DNA of 64,000 bases from Candidatus Izemoplasmatales bacterium. Lineage in GTDB: Bacteria > Bacillota_I > Bacilli_A > Izemoplasmatales > Hujiaoplasmataceae. The stretch is taken from NCBI GenBank assembly GCA_050949045.1, contig JBMNEZ010000001.1, positions 1,280,001 through 1,344,000 on the forward strand, given 5' to 3'. Every line of letters starts with the position of its first letter. Position 1 is the first letter of the stretch. Both the position numbers and the translations under genes were made by a program. The notes below the pieces were generated by a model. The model worked only from the letters and a program-made list of their open reading frames with translations, was not told where the DNA came from and searched no databases. Shown piece after piece: positions 20,990 to 30,310 of the stretch.

Positions 20990-22166
20990 CATAATCCAGG
21001 TAATCGCGATCTTCATCGTTCCCTTCTTCATCATCAAATTCCATAATTTTAAACTCACTAAGCTTGTGGGAACGATCGGAATGGCATATCTGCTCGGTCT
21101 CCTTGTTGCGCTTTCCATCTTTGCCTTGCGCAAGTTAGGCGTCGATGTTCAGATTAACACTGATATTGGCGAGATCGGCTCTCACGTTGCGATCGGGATT
21201 GCGATCCCGCTGCTTTTGTTCAGTTCTAACCTCAAAGAGGCAAAAAAGTTGTCAAAATCGGTGTTGCTTTCATTTGGTTCGCTGCTTGTTTCTGTGGTTC
21301 TTGTTTCAATCATAACATTTTATTTGTATGGAAGAAAACTGGAATACGGAGCTGAATTATCGGGAATGGCAATCGGGGTTTATACCGGCGGCACGCCGAA
21401 TTTGAACGCGATCGCCAACATTTTCGGTCTGGACGCGACCACGATCGGCATCGCCAATCTTTCCGACATGCTCATCGGCGCCGTTTTCTATATGTTTCTG
21501 TTGCTCTTTTGCAAGCCCCTTTTATCCAAGTTTTTGAAAGCTCCGCAGACATTCGATTACATGCGGGAGGAGACTTCGATTACCAACACCGAAGATTTTG
21601 ATTTCAAGGAATTCAAGCGCTCCAAACCGCTTGTCAAGGCATTCTTCCTAGCTTTTGGAATGGCTGCGTTAGGAGCCGGCCTTGGGGTGTTGGTTTGGGT
21701 CATTTTGGGGATGCAAGAAGGAAAAATGACGGATCTTCTGGTTCCAACAATGATGATTACCGTCACTGTTCTCGGTATTTTGGGCTCTTTCAACAAAAAG
21801 ATCCGGGGAGTCAAAGGAACCAACGTTGTCGGCCAATACCTGATCCTCGTCTTCTCCTTTGCACTCGCTTCATCGATGGACTTGATGAAAGTTCAAGGAG
21901 ACTTCTTAAAAATCATGCTGGTGTTTCTATCGGTGACAATCGGCAGTTTCGTTGTTCATATCATTTTTTCCAAGTTATTGAATATTGATGTCGACTGTGC
22001 GATAGTGACCGCAACAGCCGGCATCTATGGACTGGCTTTCATTCCAGCAGTAACCAAGCAAATTAAAAATGACGCTCTGACCGTTCCTGGATTGATTTGT
22101 GGGTCGATCGGATATGCAATCGGCACCTTTCTTGGAGTAGGCGTCAGCCTTCTACTCATGCTTTGA
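20979..22166 (+). CDS. DUF819-like membrane protein
   Basis: ~11 hydrophobic segments; YTGGTPN and GYAIGTFLG motifs. Confidence 0.7.
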   Translation: MIYSIIQVIAIFIVPFFIIKFHNFKLTKLVGTIGMAYLLGLLVALSIFALRKLGVDVQINTDIGEIGSHVAIGIAIPLLLFSSNLKEAKKLSKSVLLSFGSLLVSVVLVSIITFYLYGRKLEYGAELSGMAIGVYTGGTPNLNAIANIFGLDATTIGIANLSDMLIGAVFYMFLLLFCKPLLSKFLKAPQTFDYMREETSITNTEDFDFKEFKRSKPLVKAFFLAFGMAALGAGLGVLVWVILGMQEGKMTDLLVPTMMITVTVLGILGSFNKKIRGVKGTNVVGQYLILVFSFALASSMDLMKVQGDFLKIMLVFLSVTIGSFVVHIIFSKLLNIDVDCAIVTATAGIYGLAFIPAVTKQIKNDALTVPGLICGSIGYAIGTFLGVGVSLLLML

Positions 22167-22235
22167 GATCAAGCGCTATCTTGTTTTAGACACCTTTTAC
22201 TTGCATAATACATTGAAAAGAAGTGTTGGCGATAA

Positions 22236-22652
22236 ATGAACTTGATAACGGAGAAATCGTGCGGCGGCGTTGTTTTCCGTTCGTTCGACTCAATCAGGCA
22301 GTATTTGCTTGTCCATATGCTTTCCGGCCATTGGTCTTTTCCCAAGGGGCATATGGAGACAGGGGAATCAGAAAAGGAAACTGCAATGCGCGAGATTAAG
22401 GAAGAAACCAATCTTGATGTCGACATCGTTCCCGGATTTCGAGAATCGATCACCTATTCTCCCCGAAGCTTTGTCGTCAAGGAAGTGGTATATTTCCTTT
22501 GTCGCCCGAACATTGCCGATGTGATTCCCCAATTCGAGGAAATCCAAGGGGCAAAATGGTTCAATTTCAATGAGGCTTTGAATCAGTTAACTTACCAGAA
22601 AGACCGAAATATTCTTCAACTGGCAGAAGCCTTTATAAATCGAATAAAATAG
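22236..22652 (+). CDS. NUDIX hydrolase (Ap4A hydrolase-like)
   Basis: EKSCGGVV, HWSFPKGHMETGESEKETAMREIKEET Nudix box. Confidence 0.9.
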   Translation: MNLITEKSCGGVVFRSFDSIRQYLLVHMLSGHWSFPKGHMETGESEKETAMREIKEETNLDVDIVPGFRESITYSPRSFVVKEVVYFLCRPNIADVIPQFEEIQGAKWFNFNEALNQLTYQKDRNILQLAEAFINRIK

Positions 22653-22685
22653 TTGTTTTTTACCACTTGGTTTGCTCTTATTTTA

Positions 22686-22714
22686 TTGACAACGCTTACA
22701 TATTGCTATATAAT
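22686..22714 (+). promoter_or_regulatory. Consensus promoter of the lysine operon with overlapping cre site
   Basis: TTGACA(22686)-17 bp-TATAAT(22709); TGACAACGCTTACA (22687-22700) fits the cre consensus TGWNANCGNTNWCA. Confidence 0.85.
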
Positions 22715-22730
22715 ATTTGACGGAAATATC

Positions 22731-22896
22731 CAAACAGAGGAGCGGCATATGGAGTACTTTGCCGGTATCGATGAGGCGGGCCTCAGACACGGCAAAAGAA
22801 GGGATATGTCGCCGAAAGACGACTTCTGCCCGCGGTTGTTATCTTGGTATTGAAGCCACCGCTTCCATACTGCCATCGCTGATGGAGAGCTGTTAT
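22731..22896 (+). ncRNA. Lysine riboswitch (L-box)
   Basis: AGAGGAGC start; P2 GCGGCAUAU/AUAUGUCGC; AGUA/GAA loop E; CUUUGCCG/CGGCAAAAG; kissing loops GCGGGC/GCCCGC; CGCCGAA, ACUGCC, GGAGAGCU; P1 AACAG/CUGUU; upstream of lysine genes. Confidence 0.92.
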
Positions 22897-22920
22897 ATGC
22901 ATAATATGACAGCTCTTTTT
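22886..22920 (+). terminator. Riboswitch expression-platform terminator
   Basis: 13-bp stem AGAGCTGTTATAT/ATATGACAGCTCT (one G-U) followed by TTTT. Confidence 0.85.
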
Positions 22921-22940
22921 ATTACAAGGAGGGAATCAAA

Positions 22941-23372
22941 TTGAACTGTTATCCAATTGATAAACTCAGTCTTAATCAGGAAGCGGTTTATACAAAGACA
23001 ATCACGCTTGAAGACATCGAAAGTTTTGCTCGGATCACCGGTGATCACAATCCCGTCCATATGGATGAGGCTTACGCGGCAAAAACACCGTTTGGTTCCC
23101 GCGTTGCCCACGGGATGCTGGCAGGATCATTGTTCAGCACCATCTTCGGCGTTGTTCTGCCGGGTCTTGGCAGCATCTATACCAAGCAGAACTTAAAATT
23201 CACGAAACCAGTCTATCCCGGTGACACAATCACGGCAAAAGTCATCATCAAGGAACTGATCATCGAAAGAAATCGAGTGGTTTTCGATTGTTTGGCAACC
23301 AATCAAAACAATGAAACCGTCATTGTCGGCGAAGCGGAGATCATGCCGACAAAAACAGAGATTAAGAAGTGA
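22941..23372 (+). CDS. MaoC family (R)-specific enoyl-CoA hydratase
   Basis: FARITGDHNPVH, RVAHGML, PGLGSIY, FTKPVYPGD; TTG start after AAGGAGGG. Confidence 0.9.
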   Translation: MNCYPIDKLSLNQEAVYTKTITLEDIESFARITGDHNPVHMDEAYAAKTPFGSRVAHGMLAGSLFSTIFGVVLPGLGSIYTKQNLKFTKPVYPGDTITAKVIIKELIIERNRVVFDCLATNQNNETVIVGEAEIMPTKTEIKK

Positions 23373-23491
23373 AGGGCATAATTATAAAACAAAGAATCCA
23401 AGAACTTTTGAAAGATTGAATGACAATCATGATCAAAGACACTGAAACCAAATAAATTGGCAACAATGTGATACCTATGAAAGGAATGTGA
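23369..23491 (+). pseudogene. Probable deletion relic of acetoacetate:butyrate CoA-transferase alpha and beta subunit genes (atoD/atoA type)
   Basis: One frame reads [40 protein letters not shown](G)MTIMI matches the alpha-subunit N-terminal motif; GTGA overlap with the maoC stop. Confidence 0.65.
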
Positions 23492-23496
23492 TACTG

Positions 23497-23880
23497 ATGA
23501 AGACAACCTTGAGGGTTCGTATGTCTCAACTTGATGCTCATTACGGCGGAAATCTCGTCGACGGAGCCAGGATCATGGCTCTCTTTGGCGACGTCGCCAC
23601 CGAACTGTTGATTCAAAACGACGGAGACGAAGGGCTTTTCCGCTCATACTCGGAAGTCAATTTTCTCGCTCCGGTTTTTGCGGGTGATTTTCTTGAAGTT
23701 ACCGGTGAAATCATCCATGTCGGCAACACTTCGAGAAAAATAGAGTTTGCCTGTTACAAATACGTGGCCGCGAGACCGGATCTCAGCCCTTCGGCTGCCG
23801 ATTATCTAACGGACAAAGTGCTCGTTGCCACGGCGACGGGAACCTGTGTGGTTCCGAAAAATTCACAAAGGCAACCATGA
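23497..23880 (+). CDS. kal: 3-aminobutyryl-CoA ammonia lyase
   Basis: [26 protein letters not shown] hot-dog fold; operon context. Confidence 0.92.
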   Translation: MKTTLRVRMSQLDAHYGGNLVDGARIMALFGDVATELLIQNDGDEGLFRSYSEVNFLAPVFAGDFLEVTGEIIHVGNTSRKIEFACYKYVAARPDLSPSAADYLTDKVLVATATGTCVVPKNSQRQP

Positions 23881-24716
23881 ACAAGCTGATCATCACCTGC
23901 GCGATCACGGGTGCGGAAGTCACCAAAGCAATGAATCCCGCGGTTCCCTATACCATCCAGGAAATTCAAGAGGCTGCTTACGAGGCTTATTTGGCCGGCG
24001 CCAGCATCATCCACTTGCATGCCCGTTTTGACGACGGAACTCCGACACAGGATAAGGCAAGATACCAGAAATTGATCGCTGCCATTCGTGAGAAAGCCAG
24101 GGATGTGATCATCCAAGTTTCCACCGGAGGTGCGGTCGGAATGACAAGAACAGAACGCGCCCAGCCGCTCATGCTCGATCCGGAAATGGCGACGCTCGAC
24201 TGTGGGACTCTCAATTTCGGTGGCGACGATATCTTCGTCAACACCGAAAACGACATCATTTATTTCGCCAAACTTATGAATGATAAAGGCATCCGTTATG
24301 AGCTTGAATGCTTTGAAAAAGGCCATATAGATATGGCTCTACGGCTTTTTAAGAAAGGAATCATCAAAGAGCCGCTCCATTTTAGTTTTGTCCTTGGTGT
24401 GAACGGCGGCATGACTGGTGAAGAACGTGACTTTCATTTTCTTAGGGAAAGCATCCCCGAAAAAGCCACTTTCAGTGTCGCCGGTATTGGGCGGTATGAA
24501 TTTCCTCTGGCCAGATACGCGATTCAAACCGGCGGGCATGTCCGCGTTGGTTTGGAAGACAATCTATATCTTGAAAAGAATGTTTTGGCGGGATCGAACC
24601 GGGAATTGGTGGAGAAAGTTGTCAACATCGCAAAAGAATACAAGCGAGCGATCGCCTCTCCCGAGGAAGCCAGGGCGATCCTGAGAATGGAGAGCAGATA
24701 TGGAAAAACCGTCTAG
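23877..24716 (+). CDS. kce: 3-keto-5-aminohexanoate cleavage enzyme
   Basis: [36 protein letters not shown]. Confidence 0.93.
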   Translation: MNKLIITCAITGAEVTKAMNPAVPYTIQEIQEAAYEAYLAGASIIHLHARFDDGTPTQDKARYQKLIAAIREKARDVIIQVSTGGAVGMTRTERAQPLMLDPEMATLDCGTLNFGGDDIFVNTENDIIYFAKLMNDKGIRYELECFEKGHIDMALRLFKKGIIKEPLHFSFVLGVNGGMTGEERDFHFLRESIPEKATFSVAGIGRYEFPLARYAIQTGGHVRVGLEDNLYLEKNVLAGSNRELVEKVVNIAKEYKRAIASPEEARAILRMESRYGKTV

Positions 24717-25740
24717 ATTCGGAACCCACCGCGTTATTAAACCCAAAGGCGTTTTGCCTCAGGCGGCGGACAAGTTGGACAACGAGATGGTTTGTCGGGA
24801 AAACGAAATATTAATTGATGTGACGACACTCAATGTCGATTCAGCGTCGTTCACTCAAATCAAAGCCGCCTGTCATGACGATATTTCCCTAATGAAAGAG
24901 ATGATCATGAAAATCGTTTCCGAAAGAGGGAAATTGCAAAATCCCGTAACCGGATCGGGAGGAATGTTTATTGGCATAGTTAAAGAAATTGGTAAGAGCC
25001 TCAAAAGAGACCTCAAGCCCGGCGATGAGATCGCTTCGCTCGTTTCTTTATCCTTAACACCAATTAAGATTGACAAGATCCATGCCATACATCAGGAACA
25101 ATGCCAAGTCGACATCACCGGCCAAGCGATCCTTTTTGAATCGGGAATCTATGCAAAAATTCCCAAAGACTTGCCTTCAAAGCTCGTGCTTTCGGCGCTT
25201 GATGTCTGCGGAGCTCCGGCTCAGACGGCGAAACTCGTCAAGCCCAAAGACAGCGTCTTTATCATCGGCGGAGCCGGGAAAAGCGGTTTGCTCTGTGCCT
25301 ACCAAGCACGAAAATCAGCGACCAAAAGCGGAAAAATCATCGCTCTCATCAACGACGAACGGCAAAAGCCGGATCTTGAACGTCTCGGGGTGTGTGATCA
25401 TATTATTTTAGGCGATGCACGTAAACCGGTCGATGTCTATGAACAGGTTCTCGCTGTCAACGACAATCAAAAAGTAGATGTGACGATCAATGTCGTCAAC
25501 GTACCGAATACGGAGCTATCCTCGATTATGCCGACAAAGGACGAGGGAATGGTCTATTTCTTCAGTATGGCTACCTCGTTTACCAAGGCTGCTCTTGGAG
25601 CCGAGGGGATCGCCTCGGAGGTGAAGATGCTGATTGGCAATGGCTATACGAAAAACCATGCGGAACTGACGCTTGATTTGTTCCGAGAATCCCGACAACT
25701 ATATGATATTTTTATGGAAAGATACGGAAAGTTGGAATAA
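24700..25740 (+). CDS. kdd: L-erythro-3,5-diaminohexanoate dehydrogenase
   Basis: FGTHRVI, GVLPQ, NPVTGSGGM, LDVCGAPAQ, AALGAEG. Confidence 0.93.
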   Translation: MEKPSRFGTHRVIKPKGVLPQAADKLDNEMVCRENEILIDVTTLNVDSASFTQIKAACHDDISLMKEMIMKIVSERGKLQNPVTGSGGMFIGIVKEIGKSLKRDLKPGDEIASLVSLSLTPIKIDKIHAIHQEQCQVDITGQAILFESGIYAKIPKDLPSKLVLSALDVCGAPAQTAKLVKPKDSVFIIGGAGKSGLLCAYQARKSATKSGKIIALINDERQKPDLERLGVCDHIILGDARKPVDVYEQVLAVNDNQKVDVTINVVNVPNTELSSIMPTKDEGMVYFFSMATSFTKAALGAEGIASEVKMLIGNGYTKNHAELTLDLFRESRQLYDIFMERYGKLE

Positions 25741-25741
25741 T

Positions 25742-27007
25742 ATGATTAAGACGAATGATACGTATTTAATTAGGAAAACAAAATATTTTCCTGACGTCTC
25801 CGATGACAAGTGGTCGGATTGGCATTGGCAAGTCAAAAATCGAATCACCAGTGTCGAGGCTTTAAAAAAATTCATACCGCAATCCGAACAAGAACAAGAT
25901 GATATCAAGAATGTCCTTTCCAAATTCAGGATGGCGATCACTCCTTATTATCTGACTTTGATCGACCCAGACAATCCGGATTGCCCGATCAAGAAACAAG
26001 CGGTCCCCGGGGTTGAAGAGTTGATTCAAGGGAAGAACGATCTTCTTGATCCTCTTGACGAGGATGTTGATTCGCCGGTTCCCGGACTGACACACCGTTA
26101 TCCCGACCGGGTGCTTTTTCTGATCACCGATATGTGCAGTATGTACTGCAGGCATTGTACAAGAAGAAGATTTGCCGGCCAAAAAGACATGCCCGCGCCC
26201 AAACAAAGGATTGACCAGGCTATCGAGTACATCGCCAGAACTCCCGCGATTCGCGATGTGCTTTTGTCCGGCGGAGACGCTTTGTTGATGGAAGATGAGG
26301 TTTTAGAAGATATCATCGCCAGAATCCGAGCGATCGATCACGTCGAGATTATCAGAATCGGCACTAGGACACCTGTCGTTATGCCGCAAAGGATAACCGA
26401 CAGTCTGGTGAATATGCTCAAGAAGTATCATCCGATTTGGGTCAACACCCATTTCAATCATTATGATGAAATCACCCTTGAAAGTCGCAAAGCCATCGAG
26501 AAATTGGTCAATGCCGGTATTCCGCTAGGGAATCAGAGCGTGCTGCTCAGGGGCGTCAACGATTGTGTCCACATCATGAGGAAACTAGTCACCAAGTTGA
26601 CCGAGATTAGAGTAAGGCCATATTATCTTTATCAATGCGATTTGTCGCTTGGGATCGAACACTTCCGAACACCGGTTTCTAAAGGCATCGAGATCATTGA
26701 AGGCCTTCGGGGGCATGTCAGCGGTTTCTGTGTACCGACGTTTGTCGTTGACGGACCAAAGGGCGGCGGAAAGATCCCGGTGATGCCCAATTATATCGTT
26801 TCTCAAGCACCGGGAAAAATCGTGCTCAGAAACTACGAAGGTGTCATCACCACATACAGCGAACCTAGGGATTATACCTCTAAATGTAATTGCGAAGATT
26901 GTCAAAAGAATGGCCGTAACGAAGGCATCAGCGCGCTTCTTAGCGGCCAGAAGATTGTCATCGAACCCAGCTCCCTTGAAAGAAGAGAACGAACATCAAA
27001 ACACTAG
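25742..27007 (+). CDS. kamA: Lysine 2,3-aminomutase (radical SAM, PLP)
   Basis: WSDWHWQ, THRYPDRVL, CSMYCRHCTRRR, GGGKIP. Confidence 0.97.
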   Translation: MIKTNDTYLIRKTKYFPDVSDDKWSDWHWQVKNRITSVEALKKFIPQSEQEQDDIKNVLSKFRMAITPYYLTLIDPDNPDCPIKKQAVPGVEELIQGKNDLLDPLDEDVDSPVPGLTHRYPDRVLFLITDMCSMYCRHCTRRRFAGQKDMPAPKQRIDQAIEYIARTPAIRDVLLSGGDALLMEDEVLEDIIARIRAIDHVEIIRIGTRTPVVMPQRITDSLVNMLKKYHPIWVNTHFNHYDEITLESRKAIEKLVNAGIPLGNQSVLLRGVNDCVHIMRKLVTKLTEIRVRPYYLYQCDLSLGIEHFRTPVSKGIEIIEGLRGHVSGFCVPTFVVDGPKGGGKIPVMPNYIVSQAPGKIVLRNYEGVITTYSEPRDYTSKCNCEDCQKNGRNEGISALLSGQKIVIEPSSLERRERTSKH

Positions 27008-28017
27008 TCGAGAAAATCATCCCTTATCAGATCATCAGCATTATCGGCAACGCCAAAAACGCCGGCAAGACAACTGTCTTGAACAGTTTCATACCGGATT
27101 TTGCCACCGAAGCCGTTGGCTTGACATCAATCGGCATGGATGGAGAGGCGATCGACAATTTGACGTTTCTTCCAAAACCGCGAGTGACAGCTTATCCTGG
27201 CTTTTTAGTTGCCACTGCCGAAAAATGCCTTGATGTCTGCGAGGCAGAATATGAGTTAATTGAAAAAACCAATCTTAGAACACCGCTTGGACAAATATCA
27301 ATCGTCAAGATCAACAAAGCCGGGCGTGTATTGATCGCCGGACCCTCAAAGATTAACGATATGGAAATAGTGGTTAATAAGATGCTTTCCCTTGGTGCGG
27401 CCAAGGTTTTCATTGATGGCGCTTTTTCGAGGAGATCCTCCTCGAAACTCGCTACAGCGACGATCCTGGTGATCGGCGCCAACCGCTCTCCGGTTATGGA
27501 AACGGTTCTAAGGGATGCACGAATCATCGTTGACAAACTGACCATCAAGGGAGTGGAAAAGAAACTCGAACCCCTTAATAGATGCAAACAGATCATAGCC
27601 GTTGATGACAAAGACAACTTTCACAAATATGATGGAGATTCTGTCATCACCGAACCGGAAAAAGTCTTTGATTGGATCAACTCTCGGTGGAAATACCTCT
27701 ATGTTCCAAACGCAGTGGGAATCGTATTTTTAAGATTGATGGTAAAAGACTTGTCCAAAAAATTCATCCTAGTGATGAATGATCCCGCGAGCTTGCAGAC
27801 CGACGAAACACTCGATAAACAGATCGGCGCTCTCAAAGATCGGTTACGCGTCATCCGTCCCGTCAATCTTGTGGCGGTATGCATCAACCCAACATCCCCC
27901 CGCGGATATGTTTTTGAAGAACAAATTTTTCATAGAGAATTGGAAAGTAGATTGAATCTTAAAGTGATAAACGTATTAACAAAGGTCGGTGATGATCATG
28001 AACAAACTCAATCTTGA
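26989..28017 (+). CDS. kamB: KamB-like P-loop protein (lysine 5,6-aminomutase reactivase subunit); start codon appears as ACG
   Basis: Frame open upstream of the listed 27079 start and contains ISIIGNAKNAGKTTVLN; lies between kamA and kamD. Confidence 0.7.
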   Translation, partial: TNIKTLVEKIIPYQIISIIGNAKNAGKTTVLNSFIPDFATEAVGLTSIGMDGEAIDNLTFLPKPRVTAYPGFLVATAEKCLDVCEAEYELIEKTNLRTPLGQISIVKINKAGRVLIAGPSKINDMEIVVNKMLSLGAAKVFIDGAFSRRSSSKLATATILVIGANRSPVMETVLRDARIIVDKLTIKGVEKKLEPLNRCKQIIAVDDKDNFHKYDGDSVITEPEKVFDWINSRWKYLYVPNAVGIVFLRLMVKDLSKKFILVMNDPASLQTDETLDKQIGALKDRLRVIRPVNLVAVCINPTSPRGYVFEEQIFHRELESRLNLKVINVLTKVGDDHEQTQS

Positions 28018-29548
28018 TCAACTAACGATCGCCAAATGCCGGGAACGGGCCAACAAGATCGCTACCGATGTGCATAATTTCATCCATCAACACACCACCG
28101 TCTCGGTCGAAAGGACGGCTTGTCGTTTGCTTGGTATTGATGGTGTTGATAAATTCGATGTTCCTATAGTCAACTTGATCGTTGATGATATTCTTAAAAA
28201 TGGCGATCTCGGCTTGGGCGTTTCAACCTATCTTGCGGCCAGCCTGAAAGCAACCAATCTTGATCTATCGACTTTAGTCGAAAGATTTCTTGATGGCCGG
28301 GAAAGCCTGACAAAACACCCTTTACCCGGCGCCGAAGAGACTACAACAATCCTTAGACCGTATTTTGAAAACCCTCTTTCCCAAATCAAGAAAAACCGTA
28401 AACTGAGAAGCGAACTAAAGAATAAATATCCGCGAAAACAAACGGAAATATATGTTATCGTCGCCACTGGCAACATCTATGAAGATGAGATTCAAGCGAA
28501 AGCGGCTGCCAAGGCCGGCGCTGACATCATCGCTGTGATCAGATCGACGGGCCAGTCCCTGCTTGACTATGTTCCCTACGGGATCACTACCGAAGGTTTT
28601 GGCGGCACTTATGCGACCCAGGCAAATTTCAAACTAATGCGGCAAGCCCTTGATGAAGTATCACAAAGCGAACAACGCTATATCAGCCTTGTCAATTACG
28701 CTTCCGGATTATGCATGCCCGAAATTGCCGCAATGGCCGCTTTGGAACGGCTTGATATCTTATTAAATGATAGTCTTTATGGGATCATTTTTCGCGATAT
28801 TAATATGCAAAGAACTTTCATTGATCAATATTTTTCCCGGCTGATCAACGCCTATGCCGGTATCATCATCAATACCGGGGAAGACAATTATCTAACGACA
28901 AGCGATGCTTTCGAGGAAGCTCACACCGTGTTGGCTTCGCAGTTCATCAATGAAGCGTTTGCTAAAAAAGCGCGTCTTCCGGAAAACCTAATGGGACTTG
29001 GCCATGCATTTGAAATCGATCCACTGATCAAGGACAGTTTTCTGTTTGAGTTGGCCCAAGCCCAAATGGCTAGAGAAATTTTTCCGAATGCGCCGCTCAA
29101 ATATATGCCGCCGACAAAACACATAACTGGCAATATTTTCAGGGCTTACCAACAAAACACTATGTTCAACATGGTTGCTTCTATGACCGGCCAGTCGATC
29201 CATCTCCTTGGGATGATGACGGAAGCGATCCATACACCATTTATGGCGGATCGTTATTTGGCGATCGAAAACGCCAAACTTGTCAATAACGCAGTGGCTT
29301 CATTTCAGGATGAGATCAGTTTCAAATCCGGAGGCTTGATCGAGACTAGGGCAAAAACCGTTTTGGACAATGCTAAAGCGCTTTTGGACCATATTGAGGA
29401 GATTGGCCTCTTCAAGGCGCTTGAAGCCGGAATGTTTGCCGGCACCAAAAGGCCATTTGCCGGCGGTAAGGGGCTCGATGGCGTAGTAAAGAAAAACAGA
29501 ACATATGTCAATGTCATCCAACAGGCGATGGAAGGTGAGTTGTCATGA
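27998..29548 (+). CDS. kamD: Lysine 5,6-aminomutase alpha subunit
   Basis: HTTVSVER, YVIVATGNIYED, GQSLLDYVPYG, GEDNYLTT, KYMPPTK. Confidence 0.96.
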   Translation: MNKLNLDQLTIAKCRERANKIATDVHNFIHQHTTVSVERTACRLLGIDGVDKFDVPIVNLIVDDILKNGDLGLGVSTYLAASLKATNLDLSTLVERFLDGRESLTKHPLPGAEETTTILRPYFENPLSQIKKNRKLRSELKNKYPRKQTEIYVIVATGNIYEDEIQAKAAAKAGADIIAVIRSTGQSLLDYVPYGITTEGFGGTYATQANFKLMRQALDEVSQSEQRYISLVNYASGLCMPEIAAMAALERLDILLNDSLYGIIFRDINMQRTFIDQYFSRLINAYAGIIINTGEDNYLTTSDAFEEAHTVLASQFINEAFAKKARLPENLMGLGHAFEIDPLIKDSFLFELAQAQMAREIFPNAPLKYMPPTKHITGNIFRAYQQNTMFNMVASMTGQSIHLLGMMTEAIHTPFMADRYLAIENAKLVNNAVASFQDEISFKSGGLIETRAKTVLDNAKALLDHIEEIGLFKALEAGMFAGTKRPFAGGKGLDGVVKKNRTYVNVIQQAMEGELS

Positions 29549-30279
29549 AAGTCAGACCATATGGAGATACCTTGTCGGATGGCAAAGTTCAAATAAGTTT
29601 CACTTTGCCTGTGGGAGCGGATGCAGTTGGCATCGAAGCCGCAAAAGTCCTGGCAAAGGAAATGGGATTGGTAGATCCCCAGGTTGTTAACGTCGAAGCA
29701 ATCGGCGAAGGGTTCTCGTTTTTCATCATCTACGGAACGGTACCTTTTACGGTCGATTTGGACAAAATTCATGTCGAAGAGGTTAAAACCAGAGCTTACT
29801 CTCGCGAGGAGATTGAGGACTTGATCGAGACGAAAATCGGTCGGACAATCGTTTTTGTCGGCGCCTCGACAGGTACCGACGCACATACCGTCGGTATCGA
29901 TGCGATTATGAACATGAAAGGTTTTGCCGGCCATTACGGGCTGGAACGCTACAAGCATATCAAAGCTCATAACCTTGGCAGCCAAGTGCCTAATGAAGAG
30001 TTCGTCAAACAAGCCAAACTGCTCAAAGCCGATGTGTTGCTTGTCAGCCAGACGGTCACCCAGAAAGATATCCATCTCCGCAACATGACTGAGCTTGTCG
30101 AGCTTTTGGAAGCCGAAAACCTGCGCGACAAAGTCATTTTGATTGCGGGAGGAGCGAGAATAACTCATGAGCTCGCCAAGGAACTCGGCTACGACGCCGG
30201 CTTTGGCCCGGGGTCGTTTGCCGAAGATGTCGCCTCGTTTGCGGTTCAGGAATTGATTGACCGTGGGAAAGGTGTATAA
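29545..30279 (+). CDS. kamE: Lysine 5,6-aminomutase beta subunit (B12-binding)
   Basis: PYGDTLSDGKVQISFTLP, DAHTVGIDAIMNMKG (DxHxxG plus PLP lysine). Confidence 0.96.
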   Translation: MKVRPYGDTLSDGKVQISFTLPVGADAVGIEAAKVLAKEMGLVDPQVVNVEAIGEGFSFFIIYGTVPFTVDLDKIHVEEVKTRAYSREEIEDLIETKIGRTIVFVGASTGTDAHTVGIDAIMNMKGFAGHYGLERYKHIKAHNLGSQVPNEEFVKQAKLLKADVLLVSQTVTQKDIHLRNMTELVELLEAENLRDKVILIAGGARITHELAKELGYDAGFGPGSFAEDVASFAVQELIDRGKGV

Positions 30280-30310
30280 TAAAAGCGAAAGTTGCCAAAA
30301 GGAGGAAACT

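Noticed and set aside
22653..22944. Short ORFs of 66 and 75 aa
   Set aside because: They overlap the promoter and lysine riboswitch.
23417..23419. In-frame TGA at an expected Gly as evidence of recoding (TGA=Gly/Trp/Sec)
   Set aside because: TGA ends many intact genes here (glnS, hprK, kal, kamD, glmE), Trp is TGG, and the frame also has a TAA.
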